Numbered from the stretch's first letter, positions 49,373 to 61,039 are shown. The stretch: DNA of 64,000 nucleotides from Pseudomonadales bacterium (GCA_022822865.1 JAJDYJ010000029.1:26440-90439), one strand, 5' to 3'. Notes: generated by a model not told the origin, from the sequence alone. Numbers and translations: made by a program.

Positions 49373-51214
49373 CTAGATCAGGGAAACGTCGTCGTACCAG
49401 ATCATTCCGTACTCGAAATCCGCATGCAGACGCACTTGCTCATTCGCCGTTTCCGATTCGGCGATGAACCAGAATGTCTGCGCGGCCGTCATCCCGGTTT
49501 CTTCCATTAAATCAAGCAACAGTTCCTCTGCGGCCTCTGCGTCGACGCCGAAGATGTTTTCCGTGGCCAGCAGCAGGGACGGCATGAGGTCTTCGCGTTG
49601 ACCGAACAGGTATTCGTTGATGAACCAGGGCGCCTCGTCCTTTTCCATGTTCTCCATGATATCGATCACATAACCGACGATCGTACGGTCGGTGAATAAC
49701 TCGCCGCCCGCATAGGCGTTGATGAGTTGCAGCGAATCGTCGACGATCAGATCGTTGACGGATGAAACTAGTACTCCGTCGAGGAATCTGAAAGTCTCTA
49801 TTTCAAACGAATCGTAGTCGGAAAAGTCGACTGGCGGTGTGACATAGGATTCCGGGTTGCGCGGAAACCGCAAAAAACCTTCGTAATCGCTGTATCCCGG
49901 CATAAGCAGGATTTCGCGTACTGACGTTCCCTGAACATCGTTCCGGAACCCTTCGTAGGAACCTTCAAGCCAGGAGATCGAGCGTGTTGCGCCATATTTC
50001 GGTATTGAAGAGGAATCGGCCAATATGTCGATAATCTCCCCGGGAGTGATATCGGGCCATTTCTGATACAGAAGCGCGGCGATTCCGGCCAAATAGGGAG
50101 AAGACAGCGATGTGCCATCGCTTTCGACATAACCGTCGTTTTCGTCCGGATACCAGCCGCCGGATGGCGCGAAGAAGAAAGCGGCGATCTGATCTCCGGC
50201 CAGGTTTGTATACCCGGCGGGCTTCAGCGTGTCTCCGGCCAATGAACCCCCGATAATCACGGGATAACCATGCAGAGCCAGATCTTCCAGTCCCCTGGGA
50301 CTGGAGTTTCCCGAATTTCCTGCTGCAATAGAGATCAGTACATTGTTGTTTGCGGCGTATTCGAGCCCGACTTGCATGGCTGTCGCGAAGTCCTCGTCAG
50401 CGGTGATATTCAGGGAGATCTGAATTATGCTGGCGCCATTGTCGACTGCATAAATGATCGCGTCATTCATGAGTCCGCGGGAACGAATCGGCCCTCCAAA
50501 GACATGCAGATCGATGATCTCGGCGCCGTGGGCGATTCCCGTGATGTCTTTGGTGGTCTTGCTCTCCTGTTTTCCTGCGATTACCGACGCCACCTTCAAA
50601 CCGTGATGACTGAAGTTTTCGTTTTCTGCATTCTCGTCTTCGCTGGAAAAATGCCGTTTCAACACCGGAGTAACTTCCGGGTGATTCGCTATACCAAAGT
50701 CGAGTACGGCCACCTTGACTCCCGAGCCGTCATAGCCGGCATTCCAGGCCTCCAGCGCGTTGAGCAGATTCAGCGCCCTGTTGTTGTTCAAATCGCTTTC
50801 GGGAAGTTTTTCCGGTTGATCGACGTCCAGTTGGAGCGCTTGCACGAGGTCCGGAATTCCATAGCCATAGATATCGGACCATTCCTTGATTTCGTAGGGT
50901 GCACCGGACTCGGGAATGACCAGGGTGCTGACTTCTCCCACCTTGAAGTCGATATCTTCGCCTTGAATCCGAATCAGTCCCGCACTTACTTCGAGCCTGA
51001 TTTCACCTCGCCCTTCCAGCGTCAGCGATTCCTCAAGCAGCGGGTGTGAAACGACGAGAACCTTGTCGTTTTCGTTGATGATGCGAACGCTGTCGATGAT
51101 GCGGTTCGAATCAACCTGAGAGGGCCATTCCAGAGATCCGTAAACTCCCCGCGGTCCATAACTTGCCCATTCCAGCCTTTCGTAATGGGCGTGAGACTTG
51201 TCGACCAGAATCAT
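49373..51214 (-). CDS. S8 (subtilisin-like) serine peptidase without a signal peptide, with unknown N- and C-terminal domains
   Basis: 613 aa. Catalytic Asp in VAVLDFG, His in HHGLKVASVIAG, Asn in AAGNSGN, Ser in DGTSLSSPYLAG. There is no N-terminal hydrophobic segment. Codon third positions are visibly more A/T-rich than in neighbouring genes. Confidence 0.85.
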   Translation of the reverse strand: MILVDKSHAHYERLEWASYGPRGVYGSLEWPSQVDSNRIIDSVRIINENDKVLVVSHPLLEESLTLEGRGEIRLEVSAGLIRIQGEDIDFKVGEVSTLVIPESGAPYEIKEWSDIYGYGIPDLVQALQLDVDQPEKLPESDLNNNRALNLLNALEAWNAGYDGSGVKVAVLDFGIANHPEVTPVLKRHFSSEDENAENENFSHHGLKVASVIAGKQESKTTKDITGIAHGAEIIDLHVFGGPIRSRGLMNDAIIYAVDNGASIIQISLNITADEDFATAMQVGLEYAANNNVLISIAAGNSGNSSPRGLEDLALHGYPVIIGGSLAGDTLKPAGYTNLAGDQIAAFFFAPSGGWYPDENDGYVESDGTSLSSPYLAGIAALLYQKWPDITPGEIIDILADSSSIPKYGATRSISWLEGSYEGFRNDVQGTSVREILLMPGYSDYEGFLRFPRNPESYVTPPVDFSDYDSFEIETFRFLDGVLVSSVNDLIVDDSLQLINAYAGGELFTDRTIVGYVIDIMENMEKDEAPWFINEYLFGQREDLMPSLLLATENIFGVDAEAAEELLLDLMEETGMTAAQTFWFIAESETANEQVRLHADFEYGMIWYDDVSLI

Positions 51215-51237
51215 TCGCCAACTTCCGTTTGGAAAAC

Positions 51238-51314
51238 TGGTGCGCCCGGCAGGACTTGAACCTGCAACCCTCGGCTTAGAAGGCCGATGCTCTATCCCGT
51301 TGAGCTACGGGCGC
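51238..51314 (-). tRNA. tRNA-Arg (anticodon TCT)
   Basis: The reverse complement GCGCCCGTAGCTCAACGGGATAGAGCATCGGCCTTCTAAGCCGAGGGTTGCAGGTTCAAGTCCTGCCGGGCGCACCA folds as a cloverleaf. The anticodon loop is CTTCTAA and CCA is encoded. Confidence 0.93.
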
Positions 51315-51381
51315 ATTGTCTTGCGGTGAAATTGCAACACGATTCGCCCGCGCCGGGCAATCCCGAAACAGGCGAGCGAAA

Positions 51382-51458
51382 TGGGGTGACCGATGGGGCT
51401 CGAACCCACGACAACCGGAGTCACAGTCCGGGGCTCTACCAACTGAGCTACGGTCACC
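51382..51458 (-). tRNA. tRNA-His (anticodon GTG)
   Basis: The reverse complement is GGTGACCGTAGCTCAGTTGGTAGAGCCCCGGACTGTGACTCCGGTTGTCGTGGGTTCGAGCCCCATCGGTCACCCCA. It has the extra G at position -1 typical of tRNA-His. The anticodon loop is CTGTGAC. Confidence 0.93.
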
Positions 51459-51477
51459 ACGAAGAAGGAACGGGATT

Positions 51478-51554
51478 TGGTCGGGGTAGAGAGATTTGAA
51501 CTCCCGACATCTTGCTCCCAAAGCAAGCGCGCTACCAGACTGCGCTATACCCCG
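51478..51554 (-). tRNA. tRNA-Pro (anticodon TGG)
   Basis: The reverse complement is CGGGGTATAGCGCAGTCTGGTAGCGCGCTTGCTTTGGGAGCAAGATGTCGGGAGTTCAAATCTCTCTACCCCGACCA. The anticodon loop is TTTGGGA. Confidence 0.93.
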
Positions 51555-51563
51555 ATATAGTAC

Positions 51564-51592
51564 ATTATCGGACCTGCCGTGAACGGCGTGAA
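51564..51592 (-). promoter_or_regulatory. sigma70-type promoter candidate for the tRNA-Pro/His/Arg cluster
   Basis: The minus strand reads TTCACG (51587-51592), a 17-nt spacer, then GATAAT (51564-51569). The -10 element ends 9 nt before the mature tRNA-Pro 5' end. Confidence 0.45.
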
Positions 51593-51655
51593 TAATACTT
51601 GCCGGCCCTTTGCCAGTCAATCGGCGGCGGCTGGAAACGATGAGCGGAAATCAGC

Positions 51656-52465
51656 ATGAGCAGTGCGAAAAACAGCAAGAATTCGAATCGCATGGATAAC
51701 AGCGCGTACCTCGCGGAACTCTTTCGACTGCAAGTGGAACTGGTGAAATTGCAGGCGTGGATCAAGCACGAGGGTCTGAAAGTCGTCGTCATTTTCGAAG
51801 GCCGCGACGCCGCGGGCAAGGGCGGCGTGATCAAGCGCATCACCGAGTATCTCAATCCGCGGATATGCCGCGTCGTCGCCCTGCCCGCTCCGAGCGAACG
51901 CGAAACTTCACAATGGTATTTCCAGCGCTATGTGTCCCACCTGCCGGCGGCCGGGGAAATGGCGCTGATGGACCGGAGCTGGTACAACCGGGCCGGCGTC
52001 GAGCGCGTGATGGGATTCTGCAGCGAAGCGGAGTATCGCGATTTCCTGGCGGAATGTCCGCGCTTCGAACGCATGCTCGTGCGCGCCGGTATCGTCCTGG
52101 TCAAGTACTGGTTCTCGATTTCCGAGGAAGAACAGGAACGGCGTTTTCTCTCCCGCGTCCGCAACCCCCACAAACGCTGGAAACTTTCGCCGATGGATCT
52201 CGAAGCGCGGGCTCGCTGGGTCGAATATTCCAGGGCAAAGGACGAGATGTTCGCCCATTGCGACATCGTCGAGGCGCCCTGGCACGTGGTGAACGCGGAA
52301 ATCAAGGAACACGCGCGGCTCAATTGCATTCGTCATCTGTTGAGCCTGATCCCATACGAAGACCTGACGCCGGAGACCGTCTCCCTGCCCGAGCGCCCCG
52401 GCGACGACGATTATCAGCGCCCGCCGGTCTCCAGCCAGAAATTCATTCCGGAGTACTATCCCTAG
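51656..52465 (+). CDS. ppk2: polyphosphate kinase 2
   Basis: 269 aa: VVVIFEGRDAAGKGGVIKRI (Walker A), QWYFQRYVSHLP, DRSWYNRAGVERV. PPK2 family. An alternative start lies at MDNSAYL (51692). Confidence 0.9.
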   Translation: MSSAKNSKNSNRMDNSAYLAELFRLQVELVKLQAWIKHEGLKVVVIFEGRDAAGKGGVIKRITEYLNPRICRVVALPAPSERETSQWYFQRYVSHLPAAGEMALMDRSWYNRAGVERVMGFCSEAEYRDFLAECPRFERMLVRAGIVLVKYWFSISEEEQERRFLSRVRNPHKRWKLSPMDLEARARWVEYSRAKDEMFAHCDIVEAPWHVVNAEIKEHARLNCIRHLLSLIPYEDLTPETVSLPERPGDDDYQRPPVSSQKFIPEYYP

Positions 52466-52475
52466 CGGCCGGCTA

Positions 52476-53879
52476 TCAGGACTCCGCCTTGACTATCCGC
52501 CAGCGCGAACCCTCGGCGCCGTCTTCCACGGCCACGTTCATGGCGCTGAGCTGATCCCGTATCCGGTCCGCTTCCTTCCAGTTCTTCTCCGTGCGGGCCT
52601 GTTCCCTGGCCGCGATCAGCGATTCCACCTGTGTGGCGTCCACCTGTTCCGCGCCCGCCGCCGCGCCGCGCAGCCAGACTTCCGGTTCGACTTGCAGGAT
52701 GCCGAGCACGCCGCCGAGCTTGACGAGCAGCCGGCCGAGTTGCGCGGCGGCGCGCAGGTCCCCTGCTTTCAGCCGATTGATTTCCCGGGCGAGGTCGAAC
52801 AGGACGCGGAATGCCGTCGGGGTATTGAAATCATCGTCCATGGCGGCGTTGAAGGCGCGCTCGAAGCGGCTGTTGACCAGCGCTCTCGCATTCGCCGTAT
52901 CCAGTCCTTGCAAGGCCGTGTATAGACGCTTGAGCGCGCTCGCGGACCGGGCAAGCGCCTGTTCCGAATAGTTCAGCGGGCTGCGGTAGTGGCTGGAGAT
53001 CAGGAACTGCCGCACGACTTCGGCATCGTGCCGGGAAAGCACCTCTCTCACCGTGAAGAAATTGCCCAGGGACTTGGACATCTTCTCGTCGTCGATCCGC
53101 AGCGGACCGTTATGCATCCACAGGTTCGCGAAGGGCTTGCCGGTGGCGGCGACGGACTGCGCGATCTCGTTCTCGTGATGGGGAAAGATCAGGTCCGAGC
53201 CGCCGCCGTGGATATCGAAATGTTCACCCAGCGTGCAGCAGGACATCGCCGAACATTCGATATGCCAGCCCGGCCGCCCGTAACCCCAGGGCGAGTCCCA
53301 GCCGACGCCTTCGTCGGGCGACGCTTTCCACAAGGCGAAATCGCGCGGGTCGCGTTTCAACTCGCCCGGCTCGACCCGGGCGCCGCTGAGCAGTTCGTCG
53401 AGATTCCGGTTCGACAGCCGCCCGTATTCGGGGAAACGCAGCACGGAAAAATAGACGTCGCCATTGTCGGTTCGGTAGGCATGACCACCGTCCACGAGGG
53501 TTTCGATCATGGCGACGATCTCGTTCATGTAGACCGTGGCCCGGGGCTCCTGATCCGGCGGCTGGATGCCGAGCGCCCTTTCATCCTCATGCATGGCGGC
53601 GATGAAACGTTCGGTCAGGTCGGAGAACAGTTCTCCGTTTTCCTCGGCCCTGGCGAGAATCTTGTCGTCGATGTCGGTGATGTTGCGGACGTAGTTGACG
53701 TCGAAGCCGCGCGAGCGCAGATAGCGCACGACGATGTCGAAGGCCACCAGGCAGCGGGCGTGACCGAGATGGCAATAGTCGTAGGTGGTGATTCCGCAAA
53801 CATACATGCGCACCTTGCCCGGTTCGATCGGCCTGAATTCTTCCTTTCGGCCCGTAAAAGTGTTGTAAATAGAAAGCAT
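52476..53879 (-). CDS. cysS: cysteine--tRNA ligase
   Basis: 467 aa: [18 protein letters not shown] (HIGH region), [15 protein letters not shown]. Confidence 0.95.
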   Translation of the reverse strand: MLSIYNTFTGRKEEFRPIEPGKVRMYVCGITTYDYCHLGHARCLVAFDIVVRYLRSRGFDVNYVRNITDIDDKILARAEENGELFSDLTERFIAAMHEDERALGIQPPDQEPRATVYMNEIVAMIETLVDGGHAYRTDNGDVYFSVLRFPEYGRLSNRNLDELLSGARVEPGELKRDPRDFALWKASPDEGVGWDSPWGYGRPGWHIECSAMSCCTLGEHFDIHGGGSDLIFPHHENEIAQSVAATGKPFANLWMHNGPLRIDDEKMSKSLGNFFTVREVLSRHDAEVVRQFLISSHYRSPLNYSEQALARSASALKRLYTALQGLDTANARALVNSRFERAFNAAMDDDFNTPTAFRVLFDLAREINRLKAGDLRAAAQLGRLLVKLGGVLGILQVEPEVWLRGAAAGAEQVDATQVESLIAAREQARTEKNWKEADRIRDQLSAMNVAVEDGAEGSRWRIVKAES

Positions 53880-53885
53880 TACAAA

Positions 53886-55634
<1,749 letters not shown>

Positions 55635-55730
55635 GAAATGCCAAAGCGGCTATTATAGCGGGCTTCCCGAAATCGCTTCATCCATAGCAAGGAACCGTTC
55701 GAAGACAGTTCCGCAACCAAGGACAGCCCC

Positions 55731-56234
55731 GTGATTGAACTTCAGACCAACTTCGGAACCATTCGCGTCGAACTCGACTTCGACAAGGCGCCCCTGTCGG
55801 CGCGCAACTTCCAGGATTATGTCGAACAGGGCTTCTACGACGGCACCCTGTTTCACCGGGTGATCGACGATTTCATGATCCAGGGCGGCGGTTTCACTTC
55901 AGGGCTCGGCGGCAAGCGCGGCAGCGCCCCGATCCGTAACGAAGCCGATAACGGCCTGAAAAACCTGACCGGGACGCTCGCCATGGCGCGAACTTCGGAC
56001 CCGCATTCGGCCACCTCGCAGTTTTTCATCAACGTCTCCGACAACGGCTTTCTCGACCATCGCAACCAGACTCCCGAAGGCTGGGGCTATGCGGTGTTCG
56101 GCAGGGTCGTGGAAGGCATGGACGTGGTCAACCGGATCAAGGGCTGCGCGACCACGGCCATGGCCGGCCATCGCGATGTGCCGGTCGAGGAAGTCGTAAT
56201 CGAATCGGCCAGGGTCGAATCCGGAGAAGACTGA
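55731..56234 (+). CDS. ppiB: peptidyl-prolyl cis-trans isomerase B (cyclophilin type)
   Basis: 167 aa with a GTG start: [22 protein letters not shown]...[22 protein letters not shown]. Confidence 0.93.
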   Translation: MIELQTNFGTIRVELDFDKAPLSARNFQDYVEQGFYDGTLFHRVIDDFMIQGGGFTSGLGGKRGSAPIRNEADNGLKNLTGTLAMARTSDPHSATSQFFINVSDNGFLDHRNQTPEGWGYAVFGRVVEGMDVVNRIKGCATTAMAGHRDVPVEEVVIESARVESGED

Positions 56235-57005
56235 ATGGCGGCGCCAGCCGTGCCCGTCTCGCCGGTCGTCCTCATTTCCGACTTGCATTTGCAGGAATCG
56301 CGGCCCGACATCACACGCGCGTTCGTCGATTTCGTCGCGGCTGTGCCCGCGGGCTGCCGGCAATTTTTCATCCTCGGCGACCTTTTTGAACTATGGATAG
56401 GCGACGACGCGGAATCGCCGCTGACGAACGAAGTCGCCGCTTCGCTGCAATCGCTTGCCGCGCGCGGCGTGAGTGTTTTCCTGATGCACGGCAACCGGGA
56501 TTTTCTCATCGGCGACGATTATGCCGCCCGTTGCGGCGGCGAACTCATTTCCGAACCGTTCGAACTCGATGTCGATGGCGCAAAGTGGCTTCTGTTGCAT
56601 GGCGATGTGCTTTGCACGGACGACACCGGTTACATGGAATTCCGCCGCATGGTCAGAAATCCGGCCTGGCAGCGGGAGTTTCTCTCGCAGCCGCTGTCCG
56701 AACGCCAGGCATGGGCCGACCGGGCCCGGGAACAAAGCCAGGCCGCCACCGCGGGCAAACCGGCCGAAATCATGGACGTAAACCAGGGCGCCGTACTTGA
56801 ATTGATTCGCGGCAGCGGCTGCCATCGCATCCTCCACGGACATACTCACCGTCCCGCGGTGCATGAACTGCCCGAAGCGGGGCCATCGCCCGAAGAGCCT
56901 GCCAGGCGAGTCGTCCTCGGCGACTGGGACCGCCAGGGCTGGTACGCCGCCATCGCCGGTAATCAGATCGCGTTACGGAGTTTCCCTCTGCCGGGCGCGA
57001 TGTAG
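56235..57005 (+). CDS. lpxH: UDP-2,3-diacylglucosamine diphosphatase
   Basis: 256 aa: VLISDLHL, FILGDLFELWIGDD, MHGNRDFLIG, LLHGDVLCTDD, LHGHTHRP. It immediately follows ppiB, as in E. coli. Confidence 0.93.
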   Translation: MAAPAVPVSPVVLISDLHLQESRPDITRAFVDFVAAVPAGCRQFFILGDLFELWIGDDAESPLTNEVAASLQSLAARGVSVFLMHGNRDFLIGDDYAARCGGELISEPFELDVDGAKWLLLHGDVLCTDDTGYMEFRRMVRNPAWQREFLSQPLSERQAWADRAREQSQAATAGKPAEIMDVNQGAVLELIRGSGCHRILHGHTHRPAVHELPEAGPSPEEPARRVVLGDWDRQGWYAAIAGNQIALRSFPLPGAM

Positions 57006-57430
57006 CGGTCGTAATGGGCTTCGGCGAGGCGCAACAGTTCTTCCTCGATCTGGACCGACAGTTCAAGCAAGTCCCGGTCGGCGTATTTCGGCAGCAGGCG
57101 CACGCCGAAACTGTCGAGATCGTCGATGTCTTTAAGGCCCTTCTTGAGCAGGTTGTGCAGCCAGCTCCAGGGCGATTGCCGCGGATCGCAGGGAATGCGC
57201 AGGCGGCGCAGGCCGGCCTGCAGGCGATCGGGCGCGCTGATGCTGAAGCGGGCTTCGAGAATCTGGATATTCAGGCGTTCGATACGCGCGAGCACGGCGT
57301 TCTTCGCACGGTCGTCGTAGCTGTTCCAGTCGATCACTTCGGTCGCGTAACGCTTGCAGCCCCGGCAAACTCGATCCCCCAGGGAAGTGGTGGAGCAGAT
57401 ACCTATACAGGGCGTTTTGACGTCTTTCAT
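56963..57430 (-). CDS. DUF1289-like Cys-rich protein (YdhL-like N-terminus)
   Basis: Track ORF 56963..57514, with the start taken at MKDVKTPCIGICSTTSLGDRVCRGCKR (ATG 57428-57430; alternative at 57469). The four-Cys motif is what I recall for DUF1289. It converges on and overlaps the end of lpxH. Confidence 0.6.
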   Translation of the reverse strand: MKDVKTPCIGICSTTSLGDRVCRGCKRYATEVIDWNSYDDRAKNAVLARIERLNIQILEARFSISAPDRLQAGLRRLRIPCDPRQSPWSWLHNLLKKGLKDIDDLDSFGVRLLPKYADRDLLELSVQIEEELLRLAEAHYDRYIAPGRGKLRNAI

Positions 57431-57506
57431 GGTGCGCCGGAAGGGCTGGACAGAGTTATTGTAACGCATTGTCGGGATCTGGCGGACTTCGTGGCTTAGG
57501 GCTCGG

Positions 57507-57671
57507 CTGTGCATGCCTTCCCTGGCGCGACTTCAGTGGCTTCGGCTGGCCCCAGTCTCGCCATCCATGGCGAGCCGTTCGGCCCTCAAGAAACGTTGCT
57601 TCTTGTCGACTACGCCGACCGGGCCTCACCCTCGCACGCCCGCTGCACGCAGCCCGCCGGACGGCGACTAT
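57507..57671. repeat. structured intergenic repeat, copy C (internal module plus right-arm-like end), just upstream of acnB
   Basis: It aligns by eye with 3644-3811 of copy A: CCCTGGCGC..GGCTTCG..GCCATCCWTGGCRAG..GTTCGGCCCTCAAGAARCGTTGCTTCTTGTCG..GCCGACCGGGCCTCACCC..CACGCCCGCTGCAC..GACGGCGACT. No matching left arm was found. Confidence 0.75.
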
Positions 57672-57706
57672 TGCCGTACAGACAAACGGGGGCTGATTCA
57701 CTTAAA

Positions 57707-60328
57707 ATGGGAGGTTATTTGGAGGGCTTCAGTTTGTTGGTAGAGTATCGAAAGCATGTCGCTGAACGGGCCGAACTTGGGATCGTTCCCCTTCCCCTCG
57801 ACGCCCGGCAAGTTGCCGAACTTGTGGAATTGCTCAAGGATCCGCCTGCCGGAGAAGAGGAATTTCTGCTCGATCTCATTTCCAACCGGGTTCCGCCCGG
57901 CGTCGACGAGGCGGCTTATGTGAAGGCGGGATTTCTGTCCGCGATCGCCCGCGGCGAGGCGGAATCGCCGCTGATCGAGCGCGCCAGGGCGGTGGAACTG
58001 CTCGGCACCATGCTTGGCGGCTATAACGTTTCGACTCTGGTGGAGTTGCTGGACGATGCTGAAATGGCCGCGGCCGCAGCGGACGAATTGAGCCGGATCC
58101 TGCTGATTTTCGATGCCTTTCACGATGTAGAGGAACGCGCCGGCAAGGGTAACGAACATGCCCGGCGCGTGCTGCGAAGCTGGGCCGACGCCGAATGGTT
58201 CACCTCGCGGCCGCCTTTGCCGGAAAAGCTCACCATGACCGTGTTCAAGGTGCCCGGCGAGACCAATACCGACGATCTTTCCCCGGCCCAGGACGCCTGG
58301 TCGCGGCCCGATATTCCGCTGCACGCCCTGGCGATGTACAAGAATCCGCGCGAAGGCGTCACCAACGCCATCGAACAGATCGCCGAACTCGAACGAAGCG
58401 GCCATCCGGTCGTGCTCGTGGGCGATGTCATGGGCACCGGTTCGTCGCGCAAATCGGCCACCAATTCGGTGCTCTGGCATATCGGCGACGACATTCCCCA
58501 TATTCCCAACAAGCGCGCGGGCGGCGTCTGCATCGGCGGCAAGATGGCGCCGATCTTCTTCAACACCATGGAAGACGCCGGCGCCCTGCCCCTCGAATGC
58601 GATGTCGACAAGTTGAACACCGGCGATGTCGTCGATATCGACGCTTATGCGGGCACGATCCACGACCATGAAAGCGGCGAACTGTTGAGCGAGTTTGAAC
58701 TGAAGACCGAAGTGCTGCTCGACGAAGTCCAGGCCGGCGGCAGGATTCCGCTGATCATCGGCCGCGGATTGACCGGCCGCGCCCGTGCCGCGCTCGACCT
58801 GCCGCCCAGCGATGTTTTTCGCTCGCCGGTGACCGGGCAGGAATCGGACAAGGGATTTACCCTCGCCCAGAAAATGGTCGGCCGCGCCTGCGGCGTCGAA
58901 GGCGTACGTCCGGGCAGTTATTGCGAACCGCATATGACCACCGTCGGCAGCCAGGACACCACCGGCCCGATGACCCGGGACGAATTGAAGGATCTCGCCT
59001 GCCTCGGCTTTTCCGCCGACCTGGTAATGCAATCCTTCTGTCACACAGCGGCGTATCCCAAGCCCGTGGATATCGAAACCCAGCATTCCCTGCCGAGCTT
59101 TTTCCAGACCCGGGGCGGCGTTTCCCTGCGCCCCGGCGACGGCATCATCCATAGCTGGATGAATCGCATGTTGCTGCCGGATACCGTCGGCACCGGCGGC
59201 GACTCGCACACCCGCTTTCCCATCGGCATTTCCTTCCCGGCCGGCTCGGGCCTCGTCGCCTTCGCCGCCGCCACCGGCGTCATGCCGCTGGACATGCCGG
59301 AATCGGTACTCGTGCGCTTCACGGGCGAAATGCAGCCCGGCATCACCTTGCGCGACCTCGTCAACGCGATTCCCTATGCGGCGCTGCAATCCGGCGACCT
59401 GACCGTCGCCAAGAAAGGCAAGAAAAACATTTTCTCCGGCCGGGTGCTGGAGATCGAAGGCCTGCCCAATCTGAAAGTGGAACAGGCGTTCGAGATATCC
59501 GACGCGTCGGCGGAACGTTCGGCCGGCGGCTGCACGATCCTGCTCGACGAGGAGCCGATCATCGAATATCTCAAGTCGAACGTCACCTTGCTGCGCTGGA
59601 TGATCGACAACCACTACGGCGATGCGCGCACCCTGGAACGCCGCGCGCGGCAGATGGAAGAATGGCTTGAGAATCCGGTATTGCTGCAGCCCGACCCGGA
59701 CGCCGAGTACCACAAGGTACTTGAGATCGACCTGAACGAGATCACCGAACCTCTCCTCGCCTGCCCGAACGATCCCGACGACATCAAGCCGCTGTCGGCG
59801 GTGGCCGGAACGAAGATCGATGAAGTCTTCATTGGTTCCTGCATGACCAATATCGGCCATTTCCGCGCCGCCGGCGAAGTACTGCAACAGGTGCAGCCCC
59901 CCTTGCCGACCCGGCTCTGGATCGCACCGCCGACAAAGATGGACGAACACCAGTTGATCAGCGAGGGCGTCTACAGCATTTTCGGCGTTTCCGGCGCACG
60001 CACCGAACTGCCGGGCTGCTCGCTATGCATGGGCAACCAGGCCCGGGTGGCGCCGAATTCAACGGTGGTCTCGACTTCCACCCGGAACTTTCCGAACCGG
60101 CTCGGACAGGGAGCGAACGTATTTCTCGCTTCTTCGGAACTGTCGGCGGTAAGCGCCGCGCTCGGCAGGATTCCGACCATGGACGAATACATGGCGCACA
60201 TGAAGCCGATCGACACGATGGCGGACAAAATCTACCGCTATCTCAATTTCAACGAGATCGAATCGTTCATGGAAGCCGCCGAACGCGCCAAATCCATCCC
60301 CCTGACCAACATCGCGGAAGTCGCGTAA
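57707..60328 (+). CDS. acnB: aconitate hydratase B (bifunctional aconitase 2 / 2-methylisocitrate dehydratase)
   Basis: Track ORF 57509..60328. Close match by eye to the E. coli AcnB N-terminus ([21 protein letters not shown]...[30 protein letters not shown]). The start is either the ATG at 57707 or, perhaps more likely, the TTG at 57734, which is preceded by GGAGGG. Confidence 0.93.
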   Translation: MGGYLEGFSLLVEYRKHVAERAELGIVPLPLDARQVAELVELLKDPPAGEEEFLLDLISNRVPPGVDEAAYVKAGFLSAIARGEAESPLIERARAVELLGTMLGGYNVSTLVELLDDAEMAAAAADELSRILLIFDAFHDVEERAGKGNEHARRVLRSWADAEWFTSRPPLPEKLTMTVFKVPGETNTDDLSPAQDAWSRPDIPLHALAMYKNPREGVTNAIEQIAELERSGHPVVLVGDVMGTGSSRKSATNSVLWHIGDDIPHIPNKRAGGVCIGGKMAPIFFNTMEDAGALPLECDVDKLNTGDVVDIDAYAGTIHDHESGELLSEFELKTEVLLDEVQAGGRIPLIIGRGLTGRARAALDLPPSDVFRSPVTGQESDKGFTLAQKMVGRACGVEGVRPGSYCEPHMTTVGSQDTTGPMTRDELKDLACLGFSADLVMQSFCHTAAYPKPVDIETQHSLPSFFQTRGGVSLRPGDGIIHSWMNRMLLPDTVGTGGDSHTRFPIGISFPAGSGLVAFAAATGVMPLDMPESVLVRFTGEMQPGITLRDLVNAIPYAALQSGDLTVAKKGKKNIFSGRVLEIEGLPNLKVEQAFEISDASAERSAGGCTILLDEEPIIEYLKSNVTLLRWMIDNHYGDARTLERRARQMEEWLENPVLLQPDPDAEYHKVLEIDLNEITEPLLACPNDPDDIKPLSAVAGTKIDEVFIGSCMTNIGHFRAAGEVLQQVQPPLPTRLWIAPPTKMDEHQLISEGVYSIFGVSGARTELPGCSLCMGNQARVAPNSTVVSTSTRNFPNRLGQGANVFLASSELSAVSAALGRIPTMDEYMAHMKPIDTMADKIYRYLNFNEIESFMEAAERAKSIPLTNIAEVA

Positions 60329-60348
60329 GGGCGAGGCATGCCTCGCCC
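60329..60348 (+). terminator. GC-rich hairpin immediately after the acnB stop
   Basis: GGGCGAGG-CATG-CCTCGCCC forms a perfect 8-bp stem. It is not followed by a T-tract, so intrinsic-terminator status is uncertain. Confidence 0.45.
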
Positions 60349-60438
60349 GCTGGGGGCTACCATAGCGACTTGGATACTATCTCGTTCACGTCCCGGGAGA
60401 TACCTTGGCGCTACTCGCCAATTCACATGGCGCTTTTC

Positions 60439-60502
60439 TTGTGTAAAGCAGAAGAGTCATAAAATGTTTTGTGTAAAGCACATCTGAAAACACTTTACAC
60501 AA
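60439..60502. repeat. three copies of a TTGTGTAAAG motif (two direct, one inverted) in an AT-rich spacer
   Basis: TTGTGTAAAGCA occurs at 60439-60450 and 60469-60480. The reverse complement CTTTACACAA lies within 60491-60502. The last two form an 11-bp inverted repeat with a 14-nt spacer. Confidence 0.7.
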
Positions 60503-60512
60503 AGTGAATTGC

Positions 60513-61039
60513 TTACAGTGTTTCTTGGTCGAAATAATCTTCGTCGATTCGCTTGACCTCATGGCGGACGCGCGTTCGCACACCGATTCCGTGTTGGACC
60601 ATCAAGCGAGCAAGTTCCTCGCCGTCGATGAGAATGATTCGCTTCGGACTTCGCGCCACGTAATTCCGTGCGGCGCGCGTGAAGCTGGCGGTAGTCACAA
60701 ACACACCCTTGGTCGTGCCTGCTGCGTCTATCGCACCGGCAAAATTACGCAGGTCGCCTTCTCCCACGGTGTTGCCGTCTCCGTATCTTTTCGCCTGCAA
60801 ATGGACCTCATCCAGACCAAACGTGTCTTCCCGGATCGTACCGTCAATCCCCCCATCTCATCTCCTGAACGTCCAGTTACTTGACCCATTGCGGCATCGC
60901 CGCCGCCATAGCCCATTGCGATCAGCAAATCGACAACCACCCTCTCCAGAAAGTCTGGTTCCGCATCGCGAACCCGGTTCAGCACTTCGGCCTCCAACGA
61001 CTCACGGAGAAACCGAGCGGCCGCGCGGTGCGCTCTCAC
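60513..61039 (-). pseudogene. mrr: decayed Mrr-family restriction endonuclease gene (frameshifted, N-terminus lost)
   Basis: Track ORFs 60728..61039 (FLERVVVDLLIAMGYGG...GRSGDE) and 60513..60800 (QAKRYGDGNTVGEGDLRNFAGA...GVFVTTASFT) are the two halves of one Mrr catalytic domain in different frames. The junction is a GAGAT tandem duplication. An in-frame TAA lies just upstream of 61039. Confidence 0.8.

Noticed and set aside
49308-51237. Classical tRNA-associated genomic island (integrase plus att direct repeat) around the S8 peptidase
   Set aside because: There is no integrase or recombinase ORF. I found no copy of the tRNA-Arg 3' end near 49310-49380 by eye. Only the compositional shift and the tRNA adjacency remain, and these are reported as a finding.
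57698-59950. 750-aa minus-strand ORF opposite acnB. Similar cases: 45371..47134 opposite mfd, 52989..54863 opposite cysS/glnS, 61444..63108 opposite the giant gene, and 38567..39733 opposite receptor 1
   Set aside because: All are antisense to genes with strong family motifs. Their compositions are dominated by Arg/Gly/Ala/Pro, and they are not supported as coding.
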